The translations under genes and the position numbers were made by a program. DNA of 64,000 nucleotides from the human T2T-CHM13v2.0 reference genome, Homo sapiens: assembly GCF_009914755.1 (NCBI RefSeq), contig NC_060948.1; one strand, 5' to 3'. This document shows, piece after piece, positions 38,741 to 58,081 of the stretch. Below the pieces are notes generated by a model. The model saw nothing but the letters and a program-made list of their open reading frames with translations. It did not search any database and had not been told where the DNA came from. Numbering within the stretch: position 1 is the stretch's first letter; every line of letters starts with the position of its first letter.

Positions 38741-40844
38741 AGATCCATATTTTTTAAATGAAAAAAAATTTCAAAGGTACTCTGCTTGGTACAATAATCA
38801 AATGTATAAACTGAGGAATAAAACATAACCATGAAACCTACTTATAACTGCATATGGAAAATACAGAGGATAATTTCTTAAATAACATATTTTGAAAGCC
38901 TTAACTAGTAATTTGAAGAGTTGGCATTTGAAAGGCCAGTATGAATATACCTTCAAAGCAGCAACACAGGTTCCCCATGAGAAAAAGCAAACTCAGGGAA
39001 AATAAAACCACAAAGGTTCAATCTCTTCTGACCTTTGAAAGACACAGCACAGACAGTGGTCCTTAGGACGAAGAGCAGGAGACCCCTAATTCCGTCACCA
39101 TGGCGATAGGGCATAAACATTGCTGGGTGAGGGCACAATCCACATTGAGAGGTCCAACTGCTGCCAGGAAGACAGGAGTGCTTTTATATAGACCGAAAGG
39201 TCATTGAAGTCTCAGAGTTTTATTTCAAGAACTGAATCCCAAGCCCACACGTTATTAGGCTGCGCTTCTGAAAACAAGTTATGAGATGGGAAAAAGGGCA
39301 CCCACAAACATACGTGTACATTATGTATATAATAATATACGGTATCATATATATAATATATATAACCTATGTATAATATTGTTTTACATCCTGCATCTTA
39401 TATTATATATATTGTATAAAATATAAAATTCATAATACATAACGTTTATATTTATACAATATGACATATAGTATATATTATAATTTATGACATATATAAT
39501 ATATGTTATATATCATATATAGAATATATTATACGGTTAATATACGTATTAAATATAAATTATACATTATATATATTATATAAAATATATCTGTTATATA
39601 TATTACCCTTTATGCATAATATATATATTATGTCTATGTTATATATAGTATAAAACAACATATAATAATATATAATTGTATATATAAAATGTTACATATA
39701 ATATATATTATATTTTATGACATATGTAATATATATTATATATTATATATAATACGTTGTATGTATAATACCTATATTAAATATATATTATATGACTATG
39801 TTATTAATTACATGTCACATATGTTATATATTATATATTTTACATAGAATATACCGGTTACATACAATATATACTATGTTACCTATAATGTATAATTGAT
39901 TACATGTAAAATAAAGAATGCAATATATTATGTATAATTTATAATATACAATATGTGGAATGTGATATATATAACATATAATATATGATATATGATATAC
40001 AGTATATGATATATAACACACAATATATGATACCTAATATATATGGTATACAATATATATTTTATGATATGTATTCTATATGTTTTATATTCTGTTATAT
40101 ATAACTATTTGAAATTATATATAACTGTGTAATATTTTATGTAAATATGTAATATAATATATATAACTATATAATATATTATATATAACTATATATTATG
40201 TTATATATACTTTTATAACATAATTTACATTAAATATCATAATATAATATATATTATATTATTTCACATTACATAATATATATTACATATCACCCAATAT
40301 AAGTAACATACATAATATTATAATATAGATTATATTATGTTATATTAAATATCATATATATCATGTATCATATATTCTATAATATATATTACACATTATA
40401 TAATATGTATGTTGTCTATTATGTGATATATATAACTATATATATAATTATATTATTATACATATAACTAGATAAACATGAAATTCTACATATTTTCATT
40501 TATAATATATAGAATTATATAATCATATATAATTATTTATATTCTATAAAAAATTATATCATTATATAAATTATAATATATAAAAATTATAATATGTACT
40601 ACAAATATATATATTATATATCATATATGATATAGTACCTTTGTTATATATCATAATACATATAAATGTGTATTATGTTATCTACAATTATATAATTTCA
40701 TATATAAGATATATAATATGTATTATATATTGTATATGTTATGTAATATATATAGTATATATAAGCTGACACAGGATAAATATTATATACTATGACATAT
40801 AAAATATGTGAGGTTATATGTTACATATAAGGCATAGCACATAA

Positions 40845-41159
<315 letters not shown>

Positions 41160-43260
41160 AGATCCATATTTTGTAAATGAAAAACAATTTCAAAGGTACT
41201 CTGCTTGGTACAATAATCAAATGTATAAACTGAGGAATGAAACATAACCATGAAACCTACTTATAACTGCATATGGAAAATACAGAGGATAATTTTTTAA
41301 ATAACATATTTTGAAAGCCTTAACTAGTAATTTGAAGAGTTGGCATTTGAAAGGCCAGTATGAATATACCTTCAAAGCAGCAACACAGGTTCCCCATGAG
41401 AAAAAGCAAACTCAGGGAAAATAAAACCACAAAGGTTCAATCTCTTCTGACCTTTGAAAGACACAGAACAGACAGTGGTCCTTAGGACGAAGAGCAGAAG
41501 ACCCCTAATTCCGTCACCATGGCGATAGGGCATAAACATTGCTGGGTGAGGGCACAATCCACATTGTGAGGTCCAACTGCTGCCAGGAAGACAGGACTGC
41601 TTTTACATAGACCGAAAGGTCATTGAAGGCTCAGAGTTTTGTTTCAAGAACTGAATCCCAAGCCCACATGTTATTAGGCTGCGCTTCTTAAAACAAGTTA
41701 TGAGATGGGAAAAAGGGCACCCACAAACATACGTATACATTATGTATATAATAATATACAGTATCATATATATAATATATATAACCCATGTATAATATTG
41801 TTTTACATCCTGCATCTTATATTATATATATTGTATAAAATATAATAATTGATAATATATAAATTTTATATTTATACAATATGACATATAGTATATATTA
41901 TAATTTATGACATATATAATATATGTTATATATCATATATAGAATATATTATACGGTTAATATACGTATTAAATATAAATTATACATTATATATATTATA
42001 TATAATATATCTGCTATATATAATACCCATTATGCATAATATATATATTATGTCTATGTTATATATAGTATAAAACAACATATAATAATATATAATTGTA
42101 TATATAAAATGCGACATATAATATATATTATATTTTATGACATATGTAATATATATTATATATTATATATAATACGTTGTATGTATAATACCTATATTAA
42201 ATATAAATTATATGACTATGTTATTAATTACATGTCACATATGTTATATATTATATAATTTACATAGAATATACCGGTTACATACAATATATACTATGTT
42301 ACCTATAATGTATAATTGATTACATGTAAAATAAAGAATGCAATATATTATGTATAATTTATAATATACAATATGTGGAATGTGATATATATAACATATA
42401 ATATATGATATATGATATACAGTATATGATATATAACATACAATATATGATACCTAATATATATGGTATACAATATATATTTTATGATATGTATTCTCTA
42501 TGTTTTATATTCTGTTATATATAACTATTTGAAATTATATATAACTGTATAATATTTTATGTAAATATGTAATATAATATATAACTATATAATATATTAT
42601 ATATAACTATATATTATGTTATATATACTTTTATAACATAATTTACATAAAATATCATAATATAATATATATTATATTATTTCATATTACATAATATATA
42701 TTACATATCACCCAATATAAGTAACATACATAATATTTTAATATAGATTATATTATGTTATATTAAATATGATATATATCATGTATCATATATTCTATAA
42801 TATATATGATACATTATATAATATGTATGTTGTCTATTATGAGATATATATAACTATATATAATTATATTATTATACATATTACTAGATAAACATGTAAT
42901 TCTACATATTTTCATTTATAATATGTAGAATTATATAATCATATATAATTATTTATGTTCTATAAAAAATTTTATCATTATATAAATTATAATATATAAA
43001 AATTATAATATGTACTACAAATATATATATTATATATCATATATGATATAGTACCTTTGTTATATATCATAATACATATAAATGTGTATTATGTTATCTA
43101 TAATTATATAATTTCATATATAAGATGTATAATATGTATCATATATTATATATGTTATGTAATATATATAGTATATATAAGATGACACAGGATAAATATT
43201 ATATACTATGACATATAAAATATATGAGGTTATATGTTACATATAAGGCATAGCACATAA

Positions 43261-43575
<315 letters not shown>

Positions 43576-45673
43576 AGATCCATATTTTTTAAATGAAAAA
43601 AAATTTCAAAGGTACTCTGCTTGGTACAATAATCAAATGTATAAACTGAGGAATAAAACATAACCATGAAACCTACTTATAACTGCATATGGAAAATACA
43701 GAGGATAATTTTTTAAATAACATATTTTGAAAGCCTTAACTAGTAATTTGAAGAGTTGGCATTTGAAAGGCCAGTATGAATATACCTTCAAAGCAGCAAC
43801 ACAGGTTCCCCATGAGAAAAAGCAAACACAGGGAAAATAAAACCACAAAGGTTCAATCTCTGCTGACCTTTGAAAGACACAGCACAGACAGTGGTCCTTA
43901 GGACGAAGAGCAGGAGAACCCTAATTCCGTCACCATGGCGATAGGGCATAAACATTGCTGGGTGAGGGCACAATCCACATTGTGAGGTCCAACTGCTGCC
44001 AGGAAGACAGGAGTGCTTTTACATAGACCGAAAGGTCATTGAAGGCTCAGAGTTTTGTTTCAAGAACTGAATCCCAAGCCCACACGTTATTAGGCTGCGC
44101 TTCTTAAAACAAGTTATGAGATGGGAAAAAGGGCACCCACAAACATACGTATACATTATGTATATAATAATATACAGTATCATATATATAATATATATAA
44201 CCTATGTATAATATTGTTTTACATCCTGCATCCTCTGTTATATATATTGTATAAAATATAATAATTGATAATATATAAGTTTTATAATTATACAATATGA
44301 CATATAGTATATATTACAATTTATGACATATATAATATATGTTATATATCATATATAGAATATATTATACGGTTAATATACGTATTAAATATAAATTATA
44401 CATTATATATATTATATATAATATATCTGTTATATATAATATCCATTATGCATAATATATATATTATGTCTATGTTATATATAGTATAAAACAACATATA
44501 ATAATATATAATTGTATATATAAAATGCGACATATAATATATATTATATTTTATAACATATGTAATATATATTATATATAATACGTTGTATGTATAATAC
44601 CTATATTAAATATATATTATATGACTATGTTATTAATTACTTGTCACATGTGTTATATATTATATATTTTACATAGAATATACCGGTTACATACAATATA
44701 TACTATGTTACCTATAATGTATAATTTATTACATGTAAAATAAAGAATGCAATATATTATGTATAATTTATAATATACAATATGTGGAATGTGATATATG
44801 TAACATATAATATATGATATATGATATACAGTATATGATGTATAACATACAATATATGATTCCTAATATATATGGTATACAATATATATTTTATGATATG
44901 TATTCTATATATTTTATATTCTGTTATATATAACTATTTGAAATTATATATAACTGTATAATATTTTATGTAAATATGTAATATAATATATAACTATATA
45001 ATATATTATATATAACTATATATTATGTTATATATACTTTTCTAACATAATTTACATAAAATATCATAATATAATATATATTATAATATTTCATATTACA
45101 TAATATATATTACATATCACCCAATATAACTAACATACATAATATTATAATATAGATTATATTATGTTGTATTAAATATCATATATATCATGTATCATAT
45201 ATTCTATAATATATATTACACATTATATAATATGTATGTTGTCTATTATGTGATATATATAACTATATATATAATTATATTTTTATACATATAACTGGAT
45301 AAACATGTAATTCTACATATTTTCATTTATAATATGTAGAATTATATAATCATATATAATTATTTATATTCTATAAAAAATTTTATCATTATATAAATTA
45401 TAATATATAAAAATTATAATATGTACTACAAATATATATATATTATATATCATATATGATATAGTACCTTTGTTATATATCATAATACATATAAATATGT
45501 ATTATGTTATCTATAATTATATAATTTCATATATAAGATGTATAATATGTATCATATATTATATATGTTATGTAATATATATAGTATATATAAGATGACA
45601 CAGGATAAATATTATATACTATGACATATAAAATATATGAGGTTATATGTTACATATAAGGCATAGCACATAA

Positions 45674-45988
<315 letters not shown>

Positions 45989-48111
45989 AGATCCATATTT
46001 TTTAAATGAAAAAAAATTTCAAAGGTACTCTGCTTGGTACAATAATCAAATGTATAAACTGAGGAATAAAACATAACCATGAAACCTACTTATAACTGCA
46101 TATGGAAAATACAGAGGATAATTTTTTAAATAACATATTTTGAAAGCCTTAACTAGTAATTTGAAGAGTTGGCATTTGAAAGGCCAGTATGAATATACCT
46201 TCAAAGCAGCAACACAGGTTCCCCATGAGAAAAAGCAAACACAGGGAAAATAAAAACACAAAGGTTCAATCTCTTCTGACCTTTGAAAGACACAGCACAG
46301 ACAGTGGTCCTTAGGACGAAGAGCAGGAGACCCCTAATTCCGTCACCATGGCGATAGGGCATAAACATTGCTGGGTGAGGGCACAATCCAAATTGTGAGG
46401 TCCAACTGCTGCCAGGAAGACAGGAGTGCTTTTACATAGACCGAAAGGTCATTGAAGGCTCAGAGTTTTGTTTCAAGAACTGAATCCCAAGCCCACACGT
46501 TATTAGGCTGCGCTTCTTAAAACAAGTTATGAGATGGGAAAAAGGGCACCCACAAACATACGTATACATTATGTATATAATAATATACAGTATCATATAT
46601 ATAATATATATAACCTATGTATAATATTGTTTTACATCCTGCTTCCTATGTTATATATATTGTATAAAATATAATAATTGATAATATATAAGTTTTATAA
46701 TTATACAATATGACATATAGTATATATTATAATTTATGACATATATAATATATGTTATATATCATATATAGAATATATTATACGGTTAATATACGTATTA
46801 AATATAAATTATACATTATATATATTATATATAATATATCTGTTATATATAATACCCATTATGCATAATATATATATTATGTCTATGTTATATATAGTAT
46901 AAAACAACATATAATAATATATAATTGTATATATAAAATGCGACATATAATATATATTATATTTTATAACATATGTAATATATATTATATATAATACGTT
47001 GTATGTATAATACCTATATTAAATATATATTATATGACTATGTTATTAATTACATGTCACATGTGTTATATATTATATATTTTACATAGAATATACCGGT
47101 TACATACAATATATACTATGTTACCTATAATGTATAATTTATTACATGTAAAATAAAGAATGCAATATATTATGTATAATTTATAATATACAATATGTGG
47201 AATGTGATATATGTAACATATAATATATGATATATGATATACAGTATATGATATATAACATACAATATATGATTCCTAATATATATGGTATACAATATAT
47301 ATTTTATGATATGTATTCTATATGTTTTATATTCTGTTATATATAACTATTTGAAATTATATATAACTGTATAATATTTTATGTAAATATGTAATATAAT
47401 ATATATAACTATATAATATATTATATATAACTATATATTATGTTATATATACTTTTATAACATAATTTACATGAAATATCATAATATAATATATATTATA
47501 ATATTTCATATTACATAATATATATTTCATATCACCCAATATAACTAACATACATAATATTATAATATAGATTATATTATGTTATATTAAATATCATATA
47601 TATCATGTATCATATATTCTATAATATATATTACACATTATATAATATGTATGTTGTCTATTATGTGATATATATAACTATATATATAATTATATTTTTA
47701 TACATATAACTAGATAAACATGTAATTCTACATATTTTCATTTATAATATGTAGAATTATATAATCATATATAATTATTTATATTCTATAAAAAATTTTA
47801 TCATTATATAAATTATAATATATAAAAATTATAATATGTACTACAAATATATATATATTATATATCATATATGATATAGTACCTTTGTTATATATCATAA
47901 TACATATAAATGTGTATTATGTTATCTATAATTATATAATTTCATATATAAGATGTATAATATGTATCATATATTATATATGTTATGTAATATATATAGT
48001 ATATATAAGATGACACAGGATAAATATTATATACTATGACATAAAAAATATATGAGGTTATATGTTACATATAAGGCATAGCACATGACATGTAATATAT
48101 ATCATATATAA

Positions 48112-48403
48112 TTTTTTTTTAGACAGAATCTTGTCCTGTGGCACAGGGTGGGGTACAATGGCGCCATCTTTGCTCACTGCAACTTCTGCCTCACGGGTCC
48201 AAGCGATTGTCCTCCCTCAGCCTCCCAGGTAGCTGGGACTACACCACACTGGGACTACACCAACTGCCACCATGCCTAGCTAATTTTTTGGATTTTTAGT
48301 AGTGACAGCGTTTCACTGTATTGGCCAGGATGGTCTTGATCTCTTCACCTTGTGATCCCCTTGCCTTGGCCTCCAAATTTGCTGGGATTACAGGCCTGAG
48401 CCA
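48112..48403 (-). mobile_element. Diverged Alu (type B)
   Basis: Same motifs; CTGTGGCAC and ACCAACTG variants. Confidence 0.93.
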
Positions 48404-50526
48404 AGATCCATATTTTTTAAATGAAAAAAAATTTCAAAGGTACTCTGCTTGGTACAATAATCAAATGTATAAACTGAGGAATAAAACATAACCATGAAAC
48501 CTACTTATAACTGCATATGGAAAATACAGAGGATAATTTTTTAAATAACATATTTTGAAAGCCTTAACTAGTAATTTGAAGAGTTGGCATTTGAAAGGCC
48601 AGTATGAATATACCTTCAAAGCAGCAACACAGGTTCCCCATGAGAAAAAGCAAACACAGGGAAAATAAAAACACAAAGGTTCAATCTCTTCTGACCTTTG
48701 AAAGACACAGCACAGACAGTGGTCCTTAGGACGAAGAGCAGGAGACCCCTAATTCCGTCACCATGGCGATAGGGCATAAACATTGCTGGGTGAGGGCACA
48801 ATCCAAATTGTGAGGTCCAACTGCTGCCAGGAAGACAGGAGTGCTTTTACATAGACCGAAAGGTCATTGAAGGCTCAGAGTTTTGTTTCAAGAACTGAAT
48901 CCCAAGCCCACACGTTATTAGGCTGCGCTTCTTAAAACAAGTTATGAGATGGGAAAAAGGGCACCCACAAACATACGTATACATTATGTATATAATAATA
49001 TACAGTATCATATATATAATATATATAACCTATGTATAATATTGTTTTACATCCTGCTTCCTATGTTATATATATTGTATAAAATATAATAATTGATAAT
49101 ATTTAAGTTTTATAATTATACAATATGACATATAGTATATATTATAATTTATGACATATATAATATATGTTATATATCATATATAGAATATATTATACGG
49201 TTAATATACGTATTAAATATAAATTATACATTATATATATTATATATAATATATCTGTTATATATAATACCCATTATGCATAATATATATATTATGTCTA
49301 TGTTATATATAGTATAAAACAACATATAATAATATATAATTGTATATATAAAATGCGACATATAATATATATTATATTTTATAACATATGTAATATATAT
49401 TATATATAATACGTTGTATGTATAATACCTATATTAAATATATATTATATGACTATGTTATTAATTACATGTCACATGTGTTATATATTATATATTTTAC
49501 ATAGAATATACCGGTTACATACAATATATACTATGTTACCTATAATGTATAATTTATTACATGTAAAATAAAGAATGCAATATATTATGTATAATTTATA
49601 ATATACAATATGTGGAATGTGATATATGTAACATATAATATATGATATATGATATACAGTATATGATATATAACATACAATATATGATTCCTAATATATA
49701 TGGTATACAATATATATTTTATGATATGTATTCTATATGTTTTATATTCTGTTATATATAACTATTTGAAATTATATATAACTGTATAATATTTTATGTA
49801 AATATGTAATATAATATATATAACTATATAATATATTATATATAACTATATATTATGTTATATATACTTTTATAAAATAATTTACATGAAATATCATAAT
49901 ATAATATATATTATAATATTTCATATTACATAATATATATTACATATCACCCAATATAACTAACATACATAATATTATAATATAGATTATATTATGTTGT
50001 ATTAAATATCATATATATCATGTATCATATATTCTATAATATATATTACACATTATATAATATGTATGTTGTCTATTATGTGATATATATAACTATATAT
50101 ATAATTATATTTTTATACATATAACTAGATAAACATGTAATTCTACATATTTTCATTTATAATATGTAGAATTATATAATCATATATAATTATTTATATT
50201 CTATAAAAAATTTTATCATTATATAAATTATAATATATACAAATTATAATATGTACTACAAATATATATATATTATATATCATATATGATATAGTACCTT
50301 TGTTATATATCATAATACATATAAATGTGTATTATGTTATCTATAATTATATAATTTCATATATAAGATGTATAATATGTATCATATATTATATATGTTA
50401 TGTAATATATATAGTATATATAAGATGACACAGGATAAATATTATATACTATGACATAAAAAATATATGAGGTTATATGTTACATATAAGGCATAGCACA
50501 TGACATGTAATATATATCATATATAA

Positions 50527-50818
50527 TTTTTTTTTAGACAGAATCTTGTCCTGTGGCACAGGGTGGGGTACAATGGCGCCATCTTTGCTCACTGCAACTT
50601 CTGCCTCACGGGTCCAAGCGATTGTCCTCCCTCAGCCTCCCAGGTAGCTGGGACTACACCACACTGGGACTACACCAACTGCCACCATGCCTAGCTAATT
50701 TTTTGGATTTTTAGTAGTGACAGCGTTTCACTGTATTGGCCAGGATGGTCTTGATCTCTTCACCTTGTGATCCCCTTGCCTTGGCCTCCAAATTTGCTGG
50801 GATTACAGGCCTGAGCCA
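50527..50818 (-). mobile_element. Diverged Alu (type B)
   Basis: Same motifs; same variants as the 48112 copy. Confidence 0.93.
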
Positions 50819-52925
50819 AGATCCATATTTTTTAAATGAAAAAAAATTTCAAAGGTACTCTGCTTGGTACAATAATCAAATGTATAAACTGAGGAATAAA
50901 ACATAACCATGAAACCTACTTATAACTGCATATGGAAAATACAGAGGATAATTTTTTAAATAACATATTTTGAAAGCCTTAACTAGTAATTTGAAGAGTT
51001 GGCATTTGAAAGGCCAGTATGAATATACCTTCAAAGCAGCAACACAGGTTCCCCATGAGAAAAAGCAAACACAGGGAAAATAAAAACACAAAGGTTCAAT
51101 CTCTTCTGACCTTTGAAAGACACAGCACAGACAGTGGTCCTTAGGACGAAGAGCAGGAGACCCCTAATTCCGTCACCATGGCGATAGGGTATAAACATTG
51201 CTGGGTGAGGGCACAATCCACATTGTGAGGTCCAACTGCTGCCAGGAAGACAGGAGTGCTTTTACATAGACGGAAAGGTCATTGAAGGCTCAGAGTTTTG
51301 TTTCAAGAACTGAATCCCAATCCCACACGTGATTAGGCTGCGCTTCTTAAAACAAGTTATGAGATGGGAAAAAGGGCACCCACAAACATACGTATACATT
51401 ATGTATATAATAATATACAGTATCATATATATAATATATATAACCTATGTATAATATTGTTTTACATCCTGCATCCTATGTTATATATATTGTATAAAAT
51501 ATAATAATTGATAATATATAAGATTTATAATTATACAATATGACATATAGTATATATTATAATTTATGACATATATAATATATGTTATATATCATATATA
51601 GAATATATTATACGGTTAATATACCTATTAAATATAAATTATACATTATATATATTATATATAATATATCTGTTATATATAATACCCATTATGCATAATA
51701 TATATATTATGTCTATGTTATATGTAGTATAAAACAACATATAATAATATATAATTGTATATATAAAATGCGACATATAATATATATTATATTTTATAAC
51801 ATATGTAATATATATTATATATTATATATAATACGTTGTATGTATAATACCTATATTAAATATATATTATATGACTATGTTATTAATTACATGTCACATG
51901 TGTTATATATTATATATTTTACATAGAATATACCGGTTACATACAATATATACTATGTTACCTATAATGTATAATTTATTACATGTAAAATAAAGAATGC
52001 AATATATTACGTAAAATTTATAATATACAATATGTGGAATGTGATATATATAACATATAATATATGATATATGATATACAGTATATGATATATAACATAC
52101 AATATATGATTCCTAATATATATGGTATACAATATATATTTTATGATATGTATTCTATATGTTTTATATTCTGTTATATATAACTATTTGAAATTATATA
52201 TAACTGTATAATATTTTATGTAAATATGAAATATAATATATATAACTATATAATATATTTTATATAACTATATATTATGTTATATATACTTTTATAACAT
52301 AATTTACATAAAATATCATAATATAATATATATTATATTATTTCATATTACATAATATATATTACATATCACCCAATATAACTAACATACATAATATTAT
52401 AATATAGATTATATTATGTTATATTAAATATCATATATATCATGTATCATATATTCTATAATATATATTACACATTATATAATATGTATGTTGTCTATTA
52501 TGTGATATATATAAATATATATATAATTATATTTTTATACATATAACTAGATAAACATGTAATTCTACATATTTTCATTTATAATATGTAGAATTATATA
52601 ATCATATATAATTATTTATATTCTATAAAAAATTTTATCATTATATAAATTATAATATATAAAAATTATAATATGTACTACAAATATATATATATTATAT
52701 ATCATATATGATATAGTACCTTTGTTATATATCATAATACATATAAATGTGTATTATGTTATCTATAATTATATAATTTCATATATAAGATATATAATAT
52801 GTATCATATATTATAGATGTTATGTAATATATATAGTATATATAAGATGACACAGGATAAATATTATATACTATGACATATAAAATATATGAGGTTATAT
52901 GTTACATATAAGGCATAGCACATAA

Positions 52926-53240
<315 letters not shown>

Positions 53241-55346
53241 AGATCCATATTTTTTAAATGAAAAAAAATTTCAAAGGTACTCTGCTTGGTACAATAATCA
53301 AATGTATAAACTGAGGAATAAAACATAACCATGAAACCTACTTATAACTGCATATGGAAAATACAGAGGATAATTTTTTAAATAACATATTTTGAAAGCC
53401 TTAACTAGTAATTTGAAGAGTTGGCATTTGAAAGGCCAGTATGAATATACCTTCAAAGCAGCAACACAGGTTCCCCATGAGAAAAAGCAAACACAGGGAA
53501 AATAAAAACACAAAGGTTCAATCTCTTCTGACCTTTGAAAGACACAGCACAGACAGTGGTCCTTAGGACGAAGAGCAGGAGACCCCTAATTCCGTCACCA
53601 TGGCGATAGGGCGTAAACATTGCTGGGTGAGGGCACAATCCACATTGTGAGGTCCAACTGCTGCCAGGAAGACAGGAGTGCTTTTACATAGACCGAAAGG
53701 TCATTGAAGGCTCAGAGTTTTGTTTCAAGAACTGAATCCCAAGCCCACACGTTATTAGGCTGCGCTTCTTAAAACAAGTTATGAGATGGGAAAAAGGGCA
53801 CCCACAAACATACGTATACATTATGTATATAATAATATACAGTATCATATATATAATATATATAACCTATGTATAATATTGTTTTACATCCTGCATCTTA
53901 TGTTATATATATTGTATAAAATATAATAATTGATAATATATAAGTTTTATAATTATACAATATGACATATAGTATATATTATAATTTATGGCATATATAA
54001 TATATGTTATATATCATATATAGAATATATTATACGGTTAATATACGTATTAAATATAAATTATACATTATATATATTATATATAATATATCTGTTATAT
54101 ATAATACCCATTATGCATAATATATATACTATGTCTATGTTATATATAGTATAAAACAACATATAATAATATATAATTGTATATATAAAATGCGACATAT
54201 AATATATATTATATTTTATAACATATGTAATATATATTATATATTATATATAATACGTTGTATGTTTAATACCTATATTAAATATATATTATATGACTAT
54301 GTTATTACTTACATGTCACATGTGTTATATATTATATATTTTACATAGAATATACCGGTTACATACAATATATACTATGTTACCTATAATGTATAATTTA
54401 TTACATGTAAAATAAAGAATGCAATATATTATGTATAATTTATAATATACAATATGTGGAATGTGATATATATAACATATAATATATGATATATGATATA
54501 CAGTATATGATATATAACATACAATATATGATTCCTAATATATATGGTATACAATATATATTTTATGATATGTATTCTATATGTTTTATATTCTGTTATA
54601 TATAACTATTTGAAATTATATATAACTGTATAATATTTTATGTAAATATGTAATATAATATATATAACTATATAATATGTTATATATAACTATATATTAT
54701 GTTATATATACTTTTATAACATAATTTACATAAAATATCATAATATAATATGTATTATATTATTTCATATTACATTATATATATTACATATCACCCAATA
54801 TAACTAACATACATAATATTATAATATAGATTATATTGTGTTATATTAAATATCATATATATCATGTATTATATATTCTATAATATATATTACACATTAT
54901 ATAATATGTATGTTGTCTATTATGTGATATATATAACTATATATATAATTATATTTTTATACATATAACTAGATAAACATGTAATTCTACATATTTTCAT
55001 TTATAATATGTAGAATTATATAATCATATATAATTATTTATATTCTATAAAAAATTTTATCATTATATAAATTATAATATATAAAAATTATAATATGTAC
55101 TACACATATATATATATTATATATCATATATGATATAGTACCATTGTTATATATCATAATACATATAAATGTGTATTATGTTATCTATAATTATATAATT
55201 TCATATATAAGATGTATAATATGTAGCATATATTATAGATGTTATGTAATATATATAGTATATATAAGATGACACAGGATAAATATTATATACTATGACA
55301 TATAAAATATATGAGGTTATATGTTCATATAAGGCATAGCACATAA

Positions 55347-55661
<315 letters not shown>

Positions 55662-57766
55662 AGATCCATATTTTTTAAATGAAAAAAAATTTCAAAGGTA
55701 CTCTGCTTGGTACAATAATCAAATGTATAAACTGAGGAATAAAACATAACCATGAAACCTACTTATAACTGCATATGGAAAATACAGAGGATAATTTTTT
55801 AAATAACATATTTTGAAAGCCTTAACTAGTAATTTGAAGAGTTGGCATTTGAAAGGCCAGTATGAATATACCTTCAAAGCAGCAACACAGGTTCCCCATG
55901 AGAAAAAGCAAACACAGGGAAAATAAAAACACAAAGGTTCAATCTCTTCTGACCTTTGAAAGACACAGCACAGACAGTGGTCCTTAGGACGAAGAGCAGG
56001 AGACCCCTAATTCCGTCACCATGGCGATAGGGCATAAACATTGCTGGGTGAGGGCACAATCCACATTGTGAGGTCCAACTGCTGCCAGGAAGACAGGAGT
56101 GCTTTTACATAGACCGAAAGGTCATTGAAGGCTCAGAGTTTTGTTTCAAGAACTGAATCCCAAGCCCACACGTTATTAGGCTGCGCTTCTTAAAACAAGT
56201 TATGAGATGGGAAAAAGGGGACCCACAAACATACGTATACATTATGTATATAATAATATACAGTATCATATATATAATATATATAACCTATGTATAATAT
56301 TGTTTTACATCCTGCATCTTATGTTATATATATTGTATAAAATATAATAATTGATAATATATAAGTTTTATAATTATACAATAGGACATATAGTATATAT
56401 TATAATTTAAGACATATATAATATATGTTATATATCATATATAGAATATATTATACGGTTAATATACGTATTAAATATAAATTATACATTATATATATTA
56501 TATATAATATATCTGTTATATATAATACCCATTATGCATAATATATATATTATGTCTATGTTATATATAGTATAAAACAACATATCATAATATATAATTG
56601 TATATATAAAATGCGACATATAATATATATTATATTTTATAACATATGTAATATATATTATATATTATATATAATACGTTGTATGTATAATACCTATATT
56701 AAATATATATTATATGACTATGTTATTAATTACATGTCACATGTGTTATATATTATATATTTTACATAGAATATACCGGTTACATACAATATATACTATG
56801 TTACCTATAATGTATAATTTATTACATGTAAAATAAAGAATGCAATATATTATGTATAATTTATAATATACAATATGTGGAATGTGATATATATAACCTA
56901 TAATATATGATATATGATATACAGTATATGATATATAACATACAATATATGATTCCTAATATATATGGTATACAATATATATTTTATGATATGTATTCTA
57001 TATGTTTTATATTCTGTTATATATAACTATTTGAAATTATATATAACTGTATAATATTTTATGTAAATATGTAATATAATATATATAACTATATAATATA
57101 TTATATATAACCATATATTATGTTATATATACTTTTATAACATAATTTACATAAAATATCATAATATAATATATATTATATTATTTCATATTACATAATA
57201 TATATTACATATCACCCAATATAACTAACATACATAATATTATAATATAGATTATATTATGTTATATTAAATATCATATATATCATGTATCATATATTCT
57301 ATAATATATATTACACATTATATAATATGTATGTTGTCTATTATGTGATATATATAACTATATATATAATTATATTTTTATACATATAACTAGATAAACA
57401 TGTAATTCTACATATTTTCATTTATAATATGTAGAATTATATAATCATATATAATTATTTATATTCTATAAAAAATTTTATCATTATATAAATTATAATA
57501 TATAAAAATTATAATATGTACTACAAATATATATATTATATATCATATATGCTATAGTACCTTTGTTATATATCATAATACATATAAATGTGTATTATGT
57601 TATCTATAATTATATAATTTCATATATAAGTTGTATAATATGTATCATATATTATATATGTTATGTAATATATATAGTATATATAAGATGACACAGGATA
57701 AATATTATATACTATGACATATAAAATATATGAGGTTATATGTTACATATAAGGCATAGCACATAA

Positions 57767-58081
<315 letters not shown>
